Source: Eledone cirrhosa (Eukaryota). Taken from it: a stretch of DNA of 64,000 nt. Position numbers and translations under genes: made by a program. This document shows positions 25,822 to 40,006 of the stretch, one piece after another. The notes under the pieces were generated by a model. That model was not told the DNA's origin and made no database searches. It saw nothing but the letters and a program-made list of their open reading frames with translations. How positions within the stretch are numbered: the stretch's first letter is position 1; every line of letters begins with the position of its first letter. The stretch lies in the NCBI GenBank assembly GCA_964016885.1, contig OZ024740.1:96162001-96226000 (forward strand), written 5' to 3'.

Positions 25822-28800
25822 AGCTCTGTATAGTGGTGACTATGGTTCTTCCATAGGTGGTATGCCAAAATTAGCACTCGATATTCATCAGAGTAGAGTG
25901 TAGATATTATAAAGAAAACGAAACATCAGTGATGCATCTGGACTTAGTTTATTTCGTGTTACACATGTTTCGCCGACAGGTAGCTCGAGTCATGGTCCTC
26001 GTATGGATCTGGCTGATTCTGGTTCGGCGGGTTCTTTTAGACACGGGTGTTACGTCCGGAGCAAATTTTATCACTGGGGTGTTTTCATCAAAAAACACCC
26101 TCAAAAACCGTATTTCCACTCTTGTCATGCCATTGGCTGTTTTTACTCAACGTCATCACAAGTTCTGGTCTGTCTCTGCTGCCACACGGTTCATCAACCA
26201 TTTTCCGTCCGACACATTTCAATTGAGTCATGCTGGGTTCAGAACTTCATACTTCTTATTACACTCAGAGTGAGCACCCACACATACTAAAATATGTGTG
26301 TTTGTATGATAACACCCCAGTGATAACATTTGTTCCGGACGTAACACCCGTGTCTTAAAAAACCCACAGAAGTAGAATCTGCCAGATCCATACAAGGACC
26401 ATGACTCGAGCTACATGCCGGGAAACATTTGTAACACGAAATAAACTAAGACCAGATGCATCACTGATTTTTCGTTTTTTTCTTTATAATATCTACACTC
26501 TACTCTGATGAATATCGAGTGCTAATTTTGGCATACCGCCTATGGAAGCACCATAGCTACCACTATACACAACTATATACTACGCTCCTCCACAAGTAGA
26601 GCGCTTACAGCGATTTGCCATGGAAACATTCAACAACTCTTCTTCCATGAAAGACATAATGATCCCGTCAGATAACACGTACATGGGCCTGCTGTTATAC
26701 CACACCAACTTGTTCATCAGACGCATGATGTGGCGCGCATTTCACCACGACAGGTGGACAAAACAACAAGCGCCAGACGCCTCTCAGGACCGCCTAAAGC
26801 AGATATTTAGATCGAGAAGACACCCACCACACAATGCACAAGTGGAGGAATTTGAAAACCGTATTGTCAACATAGTTCGTAACATCAAGTTCCATAGGAA
26901 TACTGCGCGGCGGACAAAATATCTCAAAAGTCTCGGAGCCACCATGAAAACCATGGAAAAATACCAGGATTTACTCGAGCCCTCGGACATGACTGGTAAC
27001 TTATACATGCTTGACTATTTTACATATAATGACTGCCTCGGGAAAGAGATTAGGAAAAAACTATAGGACCACTGGACAGACAAATTTAAATAGTATTAAC
27101 GCCACGGCAAAAACGTGTACTGACGGGGCTAGGACTAGAGCATAGGACCGAGGTATATGTACCTAGAAAACCACGGATATCTATTAGGGACCACAAATTA
27201 GACTTTAACATTAAACTACCGGTTAGGTTAATAACACCATCCAAATCCGACATAGGAAGGACCAGTAAGAATATTATTGATAGGATAATATCGGTATTTA
27301 GAAGCAAAACTAAGCTTAGCCTATGGACCTCCACTAAGAAGGTAATTGACTGGTTCTCAGGAATAGATGACAAACACCAAGTACATTTTATTCAGTTAGA
27401 CATGGATAGCAATTACGGGTCGGTATCTCCGATACTAGTCAATAAGGCCCTAATAAGCGCCATGGCCAGATCTAGTCTCACCAGGGGCGAGCCCAACCTC
27501 ATAGTAGCAGCCAGAAAGACGCTGATTAATTTCCAAGACAAGTTATGGAAGAGGAAGGACAGACCAGACAGTTTCGATATCACCATGGGGTCAAATGACT
27601 CGGCGCAGGTGACCGATCTGGTGGGGATATATCTCATCCATAGGCTGACAGAGGAGATCCGGGGGATCGGAGGTAGAATATACAGAGAAGACGAAATCTT
27701 CACCTTCTGTTCCTTTAACCCCAGTCAGATGAAGCGCATGAGGAAGCGCATATCGCATTTTTTTAAACAACACGGCTTATCCGTGACAATCGACACTATC
27801 ACTAAGACGGTCAATTTCTTGGACGTTACCTTGGAAATGAATACGGGATTCCACAGACCGTACCATAAGCCCAACGAAATCCTGCAATATGTGAACAGAC
27901 AATCGAACCACCCGAAGTCAGTCATAGAAGCCATAGTTAAAGGGGTCTCTAAACGCATATCCACCCTATCGTCGAACGCAGGAGTGTTTAAACAGACGCC
28001 AAATACTATAATGAGGCACTACGCAGGGCCGGTTACAAAGACACCAGAGTATATACTACGGATAGAGTAGAGCCTAATGATATGGCGTGCAGAAATGCCA
28101 GTAGTGAGGGCGCCTCCTTAGGTAGAAGAATTGACCCGGTAGCAGTAGCCAGGAACACAAATAGCAACACTACTAACATTAAGGACACAGGACCGACCCG
28201 AGATATATCTAAGGCACCCATGGGAGCGGGACCACACAGTATGTGGAGGCATGGACCTGGCACACACACTGCATACTCCGTGGGAACTGGGACAGGACTT
28301 CGACAAATATGAATGGGGCACACGCCACGGAGCACGACAAGCCTAATTCTAGTGCTACAACACCGACAATAGCATCACATAGACCTAAGTGGAATAGACG
28401 TATAGATGACCACATAGAACAACGTAAATCTATAACTGTAGTGGGCAAATAGACAGGAACAACACACGAGACGAAATTGTGGTTGGGCAGAGCACTGGAC
28501 GGACACCGAGCCCTTGACACACCAACAAGGATCCACGCACACGAAGGAACAGATCTAAGGCCTTTACCTGGTTCAATGCACCTTACTCTAAACATGTACG
28601 CACCAACGTGCCACACGGTGACATTTTCCTTCTCCACGGCGCCGAATATGGCCGACTACATGGCTAGAACTAACGCGGTTAAGATGGCGCACACTTGCCG
28701 TCAACCGCGACGACAGAGTGACCATGTTTCGGAGCACGGAGAACCACCTAGGCACCTGCCTTCAAATGACAACCCAGCCCCCGAGGCGACCAGAGCGCCC

Positions 28801-29480
28801 GCCGAGGGCGATATGACCAACACCGAGAGGGAAATAGTGGAATGGGGGGGGACTAATGTGTCGGCGGTGTAACACTCTGAGAACCTTGAGAGGGCTATAA
28901 CAGATCGGGGCCCAGATATCGGACGCACAATATATGACATCAGAACTTGCAACCGTAGTGCGGGCACCCAGTGCCCCCTACAGGGAAAATGCTTAATGAA
29001 AGACTTAATATAAAAGTGTGTGGTTACAACCCAAAATGCGCATCGAACCTATATCGACGCAACATCAACGACCTTTAAATCGCGGATGTATAATCACACG
29101 ATTTCCTTCAGGGACCGTAGCAAAAGCCACTCCACTAGGTTAGCGGACCTCGTGTGGGACACCAAAGATCACGGCATTCTAAGCGCCCTGGAATGGATAT
29201 CGTTCGCCACGCGAGGGCATATTCAGCTGGAAGTAGAAAGTGCCGACGTGCCTACACGAGGCCATGGAGATATTCAGACTGAAGGATGTCGCCGTCAACC
29301 AGTAGTATGACATTATCATGACATGCAAACACCAGAGAAGATGCACATTTGCAACAGGGAATCCGCCGGGTTGCGCAGACAGGGGGCATGGGAATGAGTA
29401 CGCACAGACCCGATTAGCGAGATGAGGGGACCTGACGCCATGCCATGATGACGGTGTCCGACCCGTGGGGCAATCATATG
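25822..29480 (+). mobile_element. Near full-length degenerate Naiad-type PLE with inverted 5' pLTR
   Basis: 25822-26090 is inverted at ~26310-26570. ORF from 26620: SMKDIMIP..FIRRMMWRA, DMTGNLY, ITMGSNDSAQVTDLVGIYL, IYRED, NFLDVTL, YHKPN, SNHP, C..CPLQGKC, GIY-YIG. Confidence 0.92.
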
Positions 29481-29841
29481 TAAACCGGGTGCGCACGTGT
29501 GTGTGCGTGGGTGGGTAAGTGTGCGTATATATATGTATGTGTGTGTATGTGTATATATGTGGATGGGTGTATGTGTGCAGGTGCATGTATATGCGGGTCT
29601 CTATATGTGTGTACATGTATTTGTGCATACAAGTATGTGTTTATGTGCATCTCATAGGAATGTGCGCGGATGACTATATGTGGACTATATATGCTTTTTT
29701 TTATTATTACTACTATTCTTGTATTATTTTATCACATATCCTCTATATATATCCGTATATATCCGTATATGTATGACTCTGTGTACGTGTGTGTATATCT
29801 GTGTGTATATATATGTGTATGTATGCATATGTATTTAATAG

Positions 29842-29875
<34 letters not shown>

Positions 29876-30166
29876 TATTGCATATTATATTACATTGTAT
29901 ATTTCATTATTTTATGTTACGGTAATTTACCGTTGTTTTGTGGTATATTGTTCTTATTGCATAATGTATTTTTAACTGTTCACTTACAGGTGTATATGTG
30001 GTAGCACATGTGTGCGCGGGAAGATATGCATGCGTGCAGGTGTATGAATGTGGCAACACGTATGCGTATGCATGTGTAATTATATGTATATCGGCATATG
30101 CGTGGGTATTTGTATTTATATGTGTGGATGTGTGTAAGCATGTTAAGTTGTCTCTTTTCTTTTGTG

Positions 30167-30199
<33 letters not shown>

Positions 30200-30204
<5 letters not shown>

Positions 30205-30462
30205 AGTTAATATAAATTAATATATTTGATAAACACAAATACCAACATATTCATGTTTGTATTGTAAATGACCAAGTTAGCTAGATTGAAATATACTAAT
30301 AATAATAATACATTTTGCCTGTCTCGATTTAAGATAATAAATCAATAAAAACAAATCATATTGGCAATGGCCGTAGTGCTTGGACAAATTTAAATTTCAA
30401 AATCAAACCTGTTCCGTAGACTGTAAAAGACTGCCTGAGTTTTGAACTCATTATTATTGATA
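30200..30462 (-). repeat. Fragment of the 550-bp HHR repeat family with short inverted arm
   Basis: tacaagttaatataaattaa...ggccgtagtgcttggacaaatttaaatttcaaaatcaaacctgttccg, then inverted tgtaaaagactgcctgagttttgaactcattatta. Confidence 0.85.
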
Positions 30463-30463
30463 G

Positions 30464-30597
<134 letters not shown>

Positions 30598-30689
30598 CGT
30601 GTAAGTACTTGTGTAGGTAATGTCTATGTACGTATGTGTATTCGTATGTATGTTTGGACATGTATGAGTATACATTTATATATATATGT

Positions 30690-31737
30690 GTGTGTAGGTA
30701 TGTATATGGCCGCAATTGATGACGGTTTCGACTCGACTGTTGTTGAGATCAGGGAGTGCTTGTACGATATAGTAAAGCTCCATAAGACAGAGCTGGCAGT
30801 TCTTCTTGAAGGTGTAGGGTGTTGTGAGGTTGACAATTTTCCAATAAGTGCAGAAGCTGGTGCTAGCGTCTTTTAAACTAGTGATGTAATTGGCGAGGGA
30901 TGTAGAGTGCTTTAGCTTCCTATTTCTAAAAGAGTGAATATGCGCTCGAAATCTAGTCTTGAACGACCCAGAAGTGGCTCCTATGAAGCATTTGCTACTA
31001 TTGTGGCTACTAACAGTACATTTGTATATTACGTTTCTAGTTAGGCATTGGCCCCGTAGCGGACAGTTAGTGGGGTCACGACAGTTGCAGTACTTACTAC
31101 GATCACCTCGGGACCGGCTGTTGTTCGTGCCCTTCGCGATACTATTATTCATGATATTATTATTATTATAGGGACCACAGCTTCGATTGTTGTCGTTAGT
31201 ATTAGCAAAGTTAGGGATGCACAGGATAGTACCACATGTACGCCGTATGTTACCGCGCCTTCTACCGCGGTTTCTCGTACTATTGAGGTCTGTCTCGCAG
31301 CCCTCGGCCGTATTACTCCAGCGGTGAGTATGCCGGTCAAGGTTACCACCAACATTGCCGGATGTGGCTAGGGAATCGCTAAGTTTATCTAATCTGCCAT
31401 TTTCTCTAAGATTGGCTCTGCTAGGATGCTGGGTGTTAGTAAGCTTGTTGTAGTTACTTATCGCTATGAGGTCAGCTAGATTAGGCTTAGTGGAGAAGGA
31501 TATCTTAACGTTATTCCGTTTAAGGATGTTTCTGTATTTATGGTTGGGTGGGAACTTATGCTCTAAGACGTCGAAGAAGATTCTAGAAAAGTCAGAGTCC
31601 ACACTCCGAGAGTAAGGAGGATGGAACCAGAAAGCATTACGTTGGAGGTTACGTGTGGCTGTAGGTTTGCTATGGGCATCGCTGGCCGGGTGACCCTTCT
31701 TGTCATTGCTAATGTCTTGCTGGCTAGTGTGCATAAA

Positions 31738-31738
<1 letters not shown>
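30690..31738 (-). mobile_element. Naiad-type PLE 3' fragment (RT thumb, linker, GIY-YIG) with open frame
   Basis: WFHPPYS, FPPNHKYRNIL, CNCRDPTNCPLRGQC, VIYKCTV, FIGATSGSFKTRFRAH, CQLCLME, INCGH. Confidence 0.92.
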
Positions 31739-31791
<53 letters not shown>

Positions 31792-31925
31792 ATATATATA
31801 TATCAAAATATATATAGCCATATAGAAAATAAGTTAGAGAAAATCACGTTAAGTGTGATAGCAGCGATTCTTGGCTTAAACATTAATCTGTTATTTCAAT
31901 ATATATATATATATATATATATATA

Positions 31926-32002
<77 letters not shown>

Positions 32003-32337
32003 CTTCAGTAGTTAAGCACATCCAGACCACTAACTAACATAGAAGACATTAGTCAAATTTAATATAAAAAAAGAGAGGATTAGAATGTCAGTTTACAAAT
32101 GTTTCACTACTCCATATATTATTTCATGATCAATCGATGGTAAGATCGTTATTGATTTGGGGCAGAGAAAGTTAAGTAACTTAAAATAATAGTGTGAGGG
32201 ATGTAGCTTACAGGTATAGTCACCATGAGATTTGCAACTAAGATAATGCGAGGGAGGTAACTTATAGGTGTGTATGTGGTGGACTAACGATGTCTTTAGT
32301 TTGATATTTATAGGGAGGGGCATGATTAAAGGATAGG

Positions 32338-33715
32338 CTAAGTTGGGTCGAATATTCTGTTAGCGAAGGAGCTCACTCTGCGGTGGTGGCAGTTGATGAT
32401 CAACTCAATCCTGTCATTTCTGGGGGGTAGCCTTGACAAAGTTATGTGATATGTCTCGGTAAGACATAGATTGCAACAGTTTCTTCTCCCATTAAACGCT
32501 GGAGATCTAGCTAAGATGTCCCAAGTTAGTGAATGTTCAATGTTGGCTAGTTTCAGGTTTTTAATGAGGCTGGCTAGAGAGGTTGAGCATCTGTGATTAG
32601 GGTCGCGGAAGAAAAATGAGTGCGCATTAAAGCGGATATTAAAGGAGTTAGATGAAGAGCCAATATAAGAGCCAGTAGATGAGGCCGTTCTAACCATGGA
32701 CCTATATACAATATCGGGCGTAAGGCACTGCCGTTAAGCGGGCATGCCGTGGGCTTACGGTAGTCGCAATTACGATTGCGATTAGTAGGAGTAGGGTTGT
32801 TTAAACTATGCGGCTGGTGTGTACTAATGGGAGTGGAGGGGGCAGTTCTGCTACTAGGATGAGTATTGGTTTGGTTGCATGGTGTACTTATGGGGGGTTG
32901 CTCTGCCGCAAGGGTGGGAGAGGGGGGTTATATTCTTTTGTTTATGATGGTTGCTGGATGCGATGTGGCTAGCTAGGTTCGGTGTAATGGAGAAGGAGAT
33001 TTTAATAATGTTTTTATTAAAGAGTTTGTAATATCTATGGAAGGAGGGGGCGTAGATAGGATGGAGAAGAAGCGTTTAGGGATGTTAGGTTAGTAGCTAA
33101 ATTAGATGAGAAAGGGGTGTTAAGCCAGGTGATTTTTCTAGGCCTGTTATTTCTATGGGGTCTAGCATAATTGGCAGGGGCATTAACAGAGTTATTATTG
33201 CCAAAGTGATTGCTAATTGTCAGCCTATTAACATTTCGTATTCTAGGGTTGATTCTGAATCTGTTACTAGGAGTAGGGAGTAGGCCTCTGCCACTATTAC
33301 GATTACCTGTACAGGTAATGGTAGGCCTAAAATTCCGGCAAATCTGGTTAAATACTAATGTGTTTCTAGTTCTAGTGTTAATGTTATTGGGGTTGTGGTG
33401 AAGTTCAGTGTTATGGCATTTAGGTATGTAGTAGATAGACTGTGCATAACCTGATTCAGAAAGGGCATTATTATAATATGCTGCATGGGCATTGAATATC
33501 TCCTTATTGGCGGATAGCATGGAAATCCTATATGAGAAAGATTTGATGACTGCTCTGATGACTGCCGGTGGGTGGTTAGAGTTCCGGCTAATATAAGTAA
33601 GTAGCTCACCTGGTTTATGATAAGGGTAATATAAATTATTAGTAAGATCAATGTTGACATCTAGTAAATTCACTACCCTACTAGATAGACGGTTATTTTT
33701 AAAGAATCTATGTAA
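32338..33715 (-). mobile_element. Naiad-type PLE 3' fragment
   Basis: NLLDVNIDL..YHKPG..SNHPP, ITWLNTPFS, YIGSSSNSFNIRFNAH, CNLCLTE, INCHH. Confidence 0.9.
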
Positions 33716-34679
33716 TTGTTTTCTTCAGTAATTCAATGCCACGATCCGTGCAATTGTGGTCTACATATAGGGCGTCGTCCATATAAATCCACATTGAATA
33801 AGTGGGGGCTCAGCTCTAATGTTGTGCATATATATACTTATGGATACATTCATACATTTATGTATAGATATCTTTATTTCCAGAGAGTGTGTGAGGAGAG
33901 ATACTGAAGAGTGCGCAACCAAATGTATGCGTACGTGTTTTTCTCGGTTCTCGGGGATGTAGTTCTGTAGTATATCAGAGCGTTTCATATACCTGTGCAA
34001 TGCTTGTACACTTTAAGAGAAATATGTGTTCAATATACCCAGCGTATCAAAACTTGTTTTGTACGACAACTTTCAAATGTGAATTTCTTTGTTGCCTTTG
34101 CGGTTAATCTTGTGATGGGTTCGCTATGCAAGTTCCGAAATTGTTTTTGCCTGAATATAAATGAATATAAATTAAACTTTCTGCTCTGTAGTTTATGTTA
34201 AGATTTAACCATAATTTATGTTAAGATTTATATTAAGATTTAAACATAAAGTAATTGCATAGGCAGCGTGTATTGTACATACACATGTAAACCGAGACGC
34301 ATGCTTCTTGTTATAATATGTTATCGATTGTCTAATAATCCATATGCAGTGTAGATATATATATATATATATATATGCGCTTATGTATACGGGTTTATGT
34401 ATTATGTATATACTGTATAAATAACTTGTCATACGCTCAATCAATACATATGTTTTTGAATATGCTAACGTTAAAATACTTAATGCAAGTAGACCCAAGC
34501 AACATAATAGTCTTAATTCTCAGTCTATAATTATTTCATCACACTATTCTTCAAAGGAGGCATTTATTACTATATTAATTATGGGATTTTAGTAATTTAA
34601 TATGGGTGTAACCATTACTTATATTGATGATTTAATGAAACAAATACTATTTAGCAATTGAAAAAGTATGATATATACC

Positions 34680-34767
<88 letters not shown>

Positions 34768-34805
34768 TGTGCGCGTGTGTGTATGTGTGTGAGAGTGAGT
34801 GTGTG

Positions 34806-34839
<34 letters not shown>

Positions 34840-34842
<3 letters not shown>

Positions 34843-35115
34843 GGAAAAAATGAAACGATATTTCATTTCCCACTCTTAGTACGGCTGTTACTTAAATATA
34901 AGTATGTACACGTACATACATATATGTATACCGACGTACAGTAGTATGTATATATATATATACATACATGCACACATATATATATGCACGTATGGATTCA
35001 CCGAACATTTATTATAATGCTCCGTGTGCTTGTAAACAAACATCCCGTATTAAGCCGTAGTGTCTAGCAACCACCGTTGCTCGTGTGTTCAACACTGACA
35101 AAGGAACGCTGTACT
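34840..35115 (-). repeat. Fragment of the 445-bp repeat family
   Basis: Matches the unit; ends at ctgacaaaggaacgctgtacta, inside the HHR. Confidence 0.85.
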
Positions 35116-35204
35116 ATATATATACATATATTTATTTAGGTTTGTTGGTTTACCACTCAATTGAACTGGTCATTCCGTATAGTCAACCTCGATAGAATAT
35201 TATG

Positions 35205-35757
35205 GAGAGAATTCAACGTAATGCAACTCACCCGTCTTCGTTTGTCTAGTTAGTGGTGGGAGTACAGAGTTAATTATTATAAAATAACAGGCGGCTGGAA
35301 TGGTGTAATTCCCTGAAATGTTTATTATACTATGATTATTTCAATGACCAGGTTCAATATGAATCCGTTGATATCATCAGGCATTCAACATATAACAAAG
35401 GAATATAATAGACAAAGTACATGGGGCTGAAAATCAGAGATATCAGGGCGACCGAACATTTAGCAGCTCCTACCTCGGTCGAGAGCATTCAACGTAATGC
35501 AACTCACCCGTCTTCGTTTGCGTAGTTGGTGGTGCGAGTACGGAGTTAATTATTATAAAATAACAGGAGGCTGGAATGGTCTAATTGCTTGAAAGGTTTA
35601 TTATACTGTGAACATTTCAATGACCGGGTTCAGTATGACCCGGTGATATCATCAGGCATTCAAAATATAACGAAGGAATATAATAGACAAAGTCCATGGG
35701 GCTGAATATCAGAGACATGAGGGCGACCGAACATTTAGCAGCTCCTACCACGGTCGG
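35205..35757 (-). repeat. ~276-bp hammerhead-bearing tandem dimer
   Basis: attcaacgtaatgc at 35211 and 35487. Minus-strand atgc CTGATGA [helix II] GAAA taatca TA gtat (35327-35384) and a second copy at ~35603-35659. Confidence 0.85.
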
Positions 35758-35762
35758 CCGCC

Positions 35763-35835
<73 letters not shown>

Positions 35836-35840
<5 letters not shown>

Positions 35841-36870
35841 TAATAAAATAATGAATAAACAAAGAAACAGTTCCTTATATTAAAAAATTCATCATTTTAC
35901 GATCGTTTCTAGGATATATATGTTACTGTTGGTATGCATATCCTATAGATCTATGTAAAACTTTTACAAACTATCAGAGGGAATATACATACGTACACAT
36001 ATATATGCAGTCTTCAGAAATAATGATATTTGTTTATTGAAAAAAACCAACAAAGATTTAATACAATAGGTCTGTTTGGGAACTGATTTTGAATTGACCA
36101 ATAGAAAGATAGTGAAGGTCAAGATGATAAAATAGTAGTAAAAGAACAATAATTTATGGGTAGAGGGAGGTAGATTTCAGTTTTGGATGGAAATAATATT
36201 ATGAATGAAAGATAATTTTAGGGATGAAAATAGTTCATATGCTGACCTCAGAAATAATTATATGTGTTCATTGAATAAAACCTACTATATTAAATCTTTG
36301 TTGGTTTTATTCAATGAACAAATATAATTATTTCTGAGGTCAGCATATGACCTATTTTCATCCCTAAAATAATCTTTCATTCATAATATTATTTCCATCC
36401 AAAACTGAAGTCTACCTTCTTCTACCCATAAAGTAAGGTTCTTTTACTACTATTTTACCATCTTGACCTTCACTATCTTTCTATTGGTCTATTCAAAACC
36501 AGTTCCCAAACAGACCTATTGTATTAAACCTTTGTTGGTTTTTTTTCAATAAACAAATACCATTATTTCTGAAGACAGCATATATATGTGTAGGTATGTA
36601 TATTCCCTCTGATAGTTTGTAAACATTTTACATAGATCTATAGGATATGCATACCAACACTAACATATATATCCTAGAAACGATCATAAAATGATGATTT
36701 TTTTAATATAAGGAACTGTTTCTTTGTTTATTCATTATTTTATTAATTTATCTTGACTCTGTTTTCAGTTATTTTTCACCGAAAACATTTTTTGAATACA
36801 TCTCTTTTCATGATATTCGGATTACATTGAGTTCTTCATATGGATTGGACACTACCGTACATTTTGGTAG
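35836..36870. repeat. Fold-back solo pLTR (~450-bp arms) with long-helix-II hammerheads
   Basis: 35836-36285 is inverted at 36290-36750. HHRs at 35889-36026 (minus) and 36561-36697 (plus). Confidence 0.9.
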
Positions 36871-36974
36871 ATTTATCTACATATATATATATATATATAC
36901 ATACATACACACATATATATATATATATATATATACACACCCACACACATATATCTATATATATATATATATAT

Positions 36975-37810
36975 ATAAAGAAAAGAAGATGAAATCGAAA
37001 ATGCAACTGGAGTCTTATTTAAAAAAATATATATATATATTTATTTGGGTCCTTTACCGGTCGGTTTCGCTCTTCTTCTGCTTTTCAAAAGTAGTGTTGA
37101 GATGCAGGCACTGTGGTTTTTCTCACATCTGGTTAGTCTTTAAATGTTACTTTTTTTAAATGGAAAAAGGTGGCTCGAAACGCCAGGTTTTTAGAGAAGT
37201 AATTTGATTGGTTGGTCAATAAGTATAATACATTTCGCGACAGTTCTTCTACTTTAGAAAATAAAAACCCGTACTAAATAAAACATAACATACATTTTCG
37301 CTGACAATACAACATAACAAATACTAATAAGAAAGGAAAATACGTTCATTCAAAAGTACTCCTAATAACGGAATCATTTTCCTACACTCACACACACAAA
37401 ATATATATTCTCTTCATCTTAACATACTAACCATACACCCACACACACATAACACCCATACACAGACACATAATACACCCCCCCCATTTATACTAATATA
37501 ATTACTTTCCTACACATATACACACACACAAAATATATATATATTATCTTCATATTAACATACTCCCCCCTACACACATCACACATAACACCCATACACA
37601 CATCTCCCTTCCCCATTTCTACTAATAGAATCATCTTCCTATATACACACACAAGCACACAAATAAACATACATATCTCTACTTTCTTTATTTCAATAGA
37701 AAATCTGAATTCTGACACCCCAGCGAACCAGCCATATTCACTGAACCAGAACAATTCTCCCATCCCATTTTCTTGACCATTATGTTTTGCTTGTCATAAA
37801 ATTCTCTAAA
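36975..37810. repeat. Non-coding derivative of the 9050-13570 PLE pLTR with internal inversion
   Basis: 36975-37245 matches 9055-9320. 37250-37810 is the reverse complement of ~9590-9900. A U3-A8 HHR lies at 37052-37092 (minus). Confidence 0.85.
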
Positions 37811-38988
37811 ATGCTAAAATACCAACATAAAACCAAATTTCTCTAACTCTTCTAATACACAATATAGTAACTCTCAAAAAACTATTCATCCTATTACTCT
37901 AATAAATGTTAATATTAAAACTCCTAATAAACAAGCTAAACCACCTAAATCAACTAATCTAACTAAAAATGTGTGTGGTGAAGTCATTAACAATAATTCT
38001 CTTAATAAACATCAGGATACATCCTATAAAAACAATAAACAACATCGAAACCGTAATAGACGAGTTACTTGGTATAATGCTCCATTTAATTTAAAAATTA
38101 AGGATAATATACGTAACACATTTTTTAATATCCTAGAGAAGAACTTCCCGCCTAACCACAAATACCATCAAATGTTAAATAGATCAACGGTTAAATTCTC
38201 CTACTCAACGACCAAAAACATAAAACAAAATATAAGTGCCTACAATGCATATAAATGTAAAAAAAACATGAATATACCACCAGTACATCAAACTAACCAT
38301 AATATCTCCTCTGATACAGGATTCACGAAAAGCTGTAACTGTAGAAACAAAGCAAACTGCCCATTAAAAGGAAAGTGCCTTGTTAATAACATAGTATATA
38401 AATGTAAAGTTAACACTAAGGACTCAATTTATTCATATATAGGAGCTACCTCTAACCTATTTAAAGTAAGATTTAATACCCACAAAAATAGTTTTTAAAA
38501 TGCCGCATTAGCTAATACAACATCTCTAGCTGAAATAATTAATAATTATAGAAAGAGGAATATAGATTATGACCTGACTTGGAGTGTGCTCAAAAGGGCC
38601 ACCCCTTATCAAAATAATAGATATTAATGTAGATTGTGTTCCCAAGAACTTTTTGAAATAATGAAATCTAAGGATATCCTATTAAATAAGCGACAGGAAT
38701 TAATAATATCGTGTAATCATAAACTGAGAAAAACCTTTAAATATTATAAACCTAATTAATATACATTTTAGAAATTAATATATAAACTTTGTTTAATTTA
38801 GTTAACCTATAATTAATATTCTACTACTGATGAACTACATAATTTTACTTTCCTTTTTACAACTATCTTTTCCTAAAATTGATACCATTAAGTAAACATG
38901 TTTTAATTTCAGGTTATGATTCTATGTTTCTTGAAATCTCTATATATTTATTATTTCTCACTAATAAATTTAACTCCCCCCCCCCCAA

Positions 38989-39037
<49 letters not shown>

Positions 39038-39927
39038 TTTTCAAATTTTTTTAATTTCCCCTCGTCTTTAACAGCACTCTTCAATTACATCTAACTCTTA
39101 TTTATCATATCTATATGCATTAATATAATTTTACCAATATAAATATCCCCATCAATTAAATTAATTTATATTCTTTTCATAGATGTAAATTCCATATATA
39201 TTTTTTTCACTAACACTTTTATCCTAAAATTTTAGTCTCGTTAGATATTTACATTGGCATTATTCTTTTATAACAGCAACTGTTCGTGTACCTTTTACTG
39301 ACCTGACCTATTTTCACCCCTAAAATAACCTTTTCATTCTTCATACGCGTTCCATTCAAAACTGAAATCTGCCTTCTTCTACCCCTAAAATAAAATTCCA
39401 TTACTACTATTTTACCATTTGGCCAATTATTACCTTGCTATTGGTCAATTCAAAACCTGTTCCCAAACAGACCTACTATATTAAATCTTTGTTGGTTTTA
39501 TTCAATGAACAAATACAATTATTTCTGAGGTCAGCATATGACCTATTTTCATCCCTAAAATAATCTTTCATTCATAATATTCTTTCCATCCAAAACTGAA
39601 GTCTACCTTGCTCTACCCATAAATTAAAGTTCTTTTACTACTGTTTTACCATCTTGACCTTCACTATCTTTCTATTGGTCAATTCAAAACCTGTTCCCAA
39701 ACAGACCTATTGTATTAAATCTTTGTTGGTTTTTTCAATAAACAAATATCATTATTTCTGAAGACAGCATATATATGTGTAGGTGTGTATATTCCCTCTG
39801 ATAGTTTGTAAAAAATTTACATAGATCTATAGGATATGCATACCAACACTAACTTATATATCCTAGAAACGATCGTAAAATGATGAATTTTTTAATATAA
39901 GGAACTGTTTCTTTGTTTATTCATTAT

Positions 39928-39932
<5 letters not shown>
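37810..39932 (+). mobile_element. Naiad-type PLE 3' fragment with 3' pLTR
   Basis: VTWYNAPFN, FPPNHKYH, CNCRNKANCPLKGKC, IVYKC, YIGATSNLFKVRFNTH, CRLC..E, ISCNHK. 39300-39932 matches the 36290-36750 pLTR. Confidence 0.9.
39749..39886 (+). ncRNA. Type I hammerhead with 101-nt helix II insertion
   Basis: tcattattt CTGAAGA [39765-39865 long hairpin] GAAA CGATCG TA aaatgatga. Confidence 0.85.

Positions 39933-40006
<74 letters not shown>

Noticed and set aside
26498-26560. CTGATGA in the Naiad 5' pLTR (likewise 38827 and 33904)
   Set aside because: No downstream GAAA with a closing helix I.
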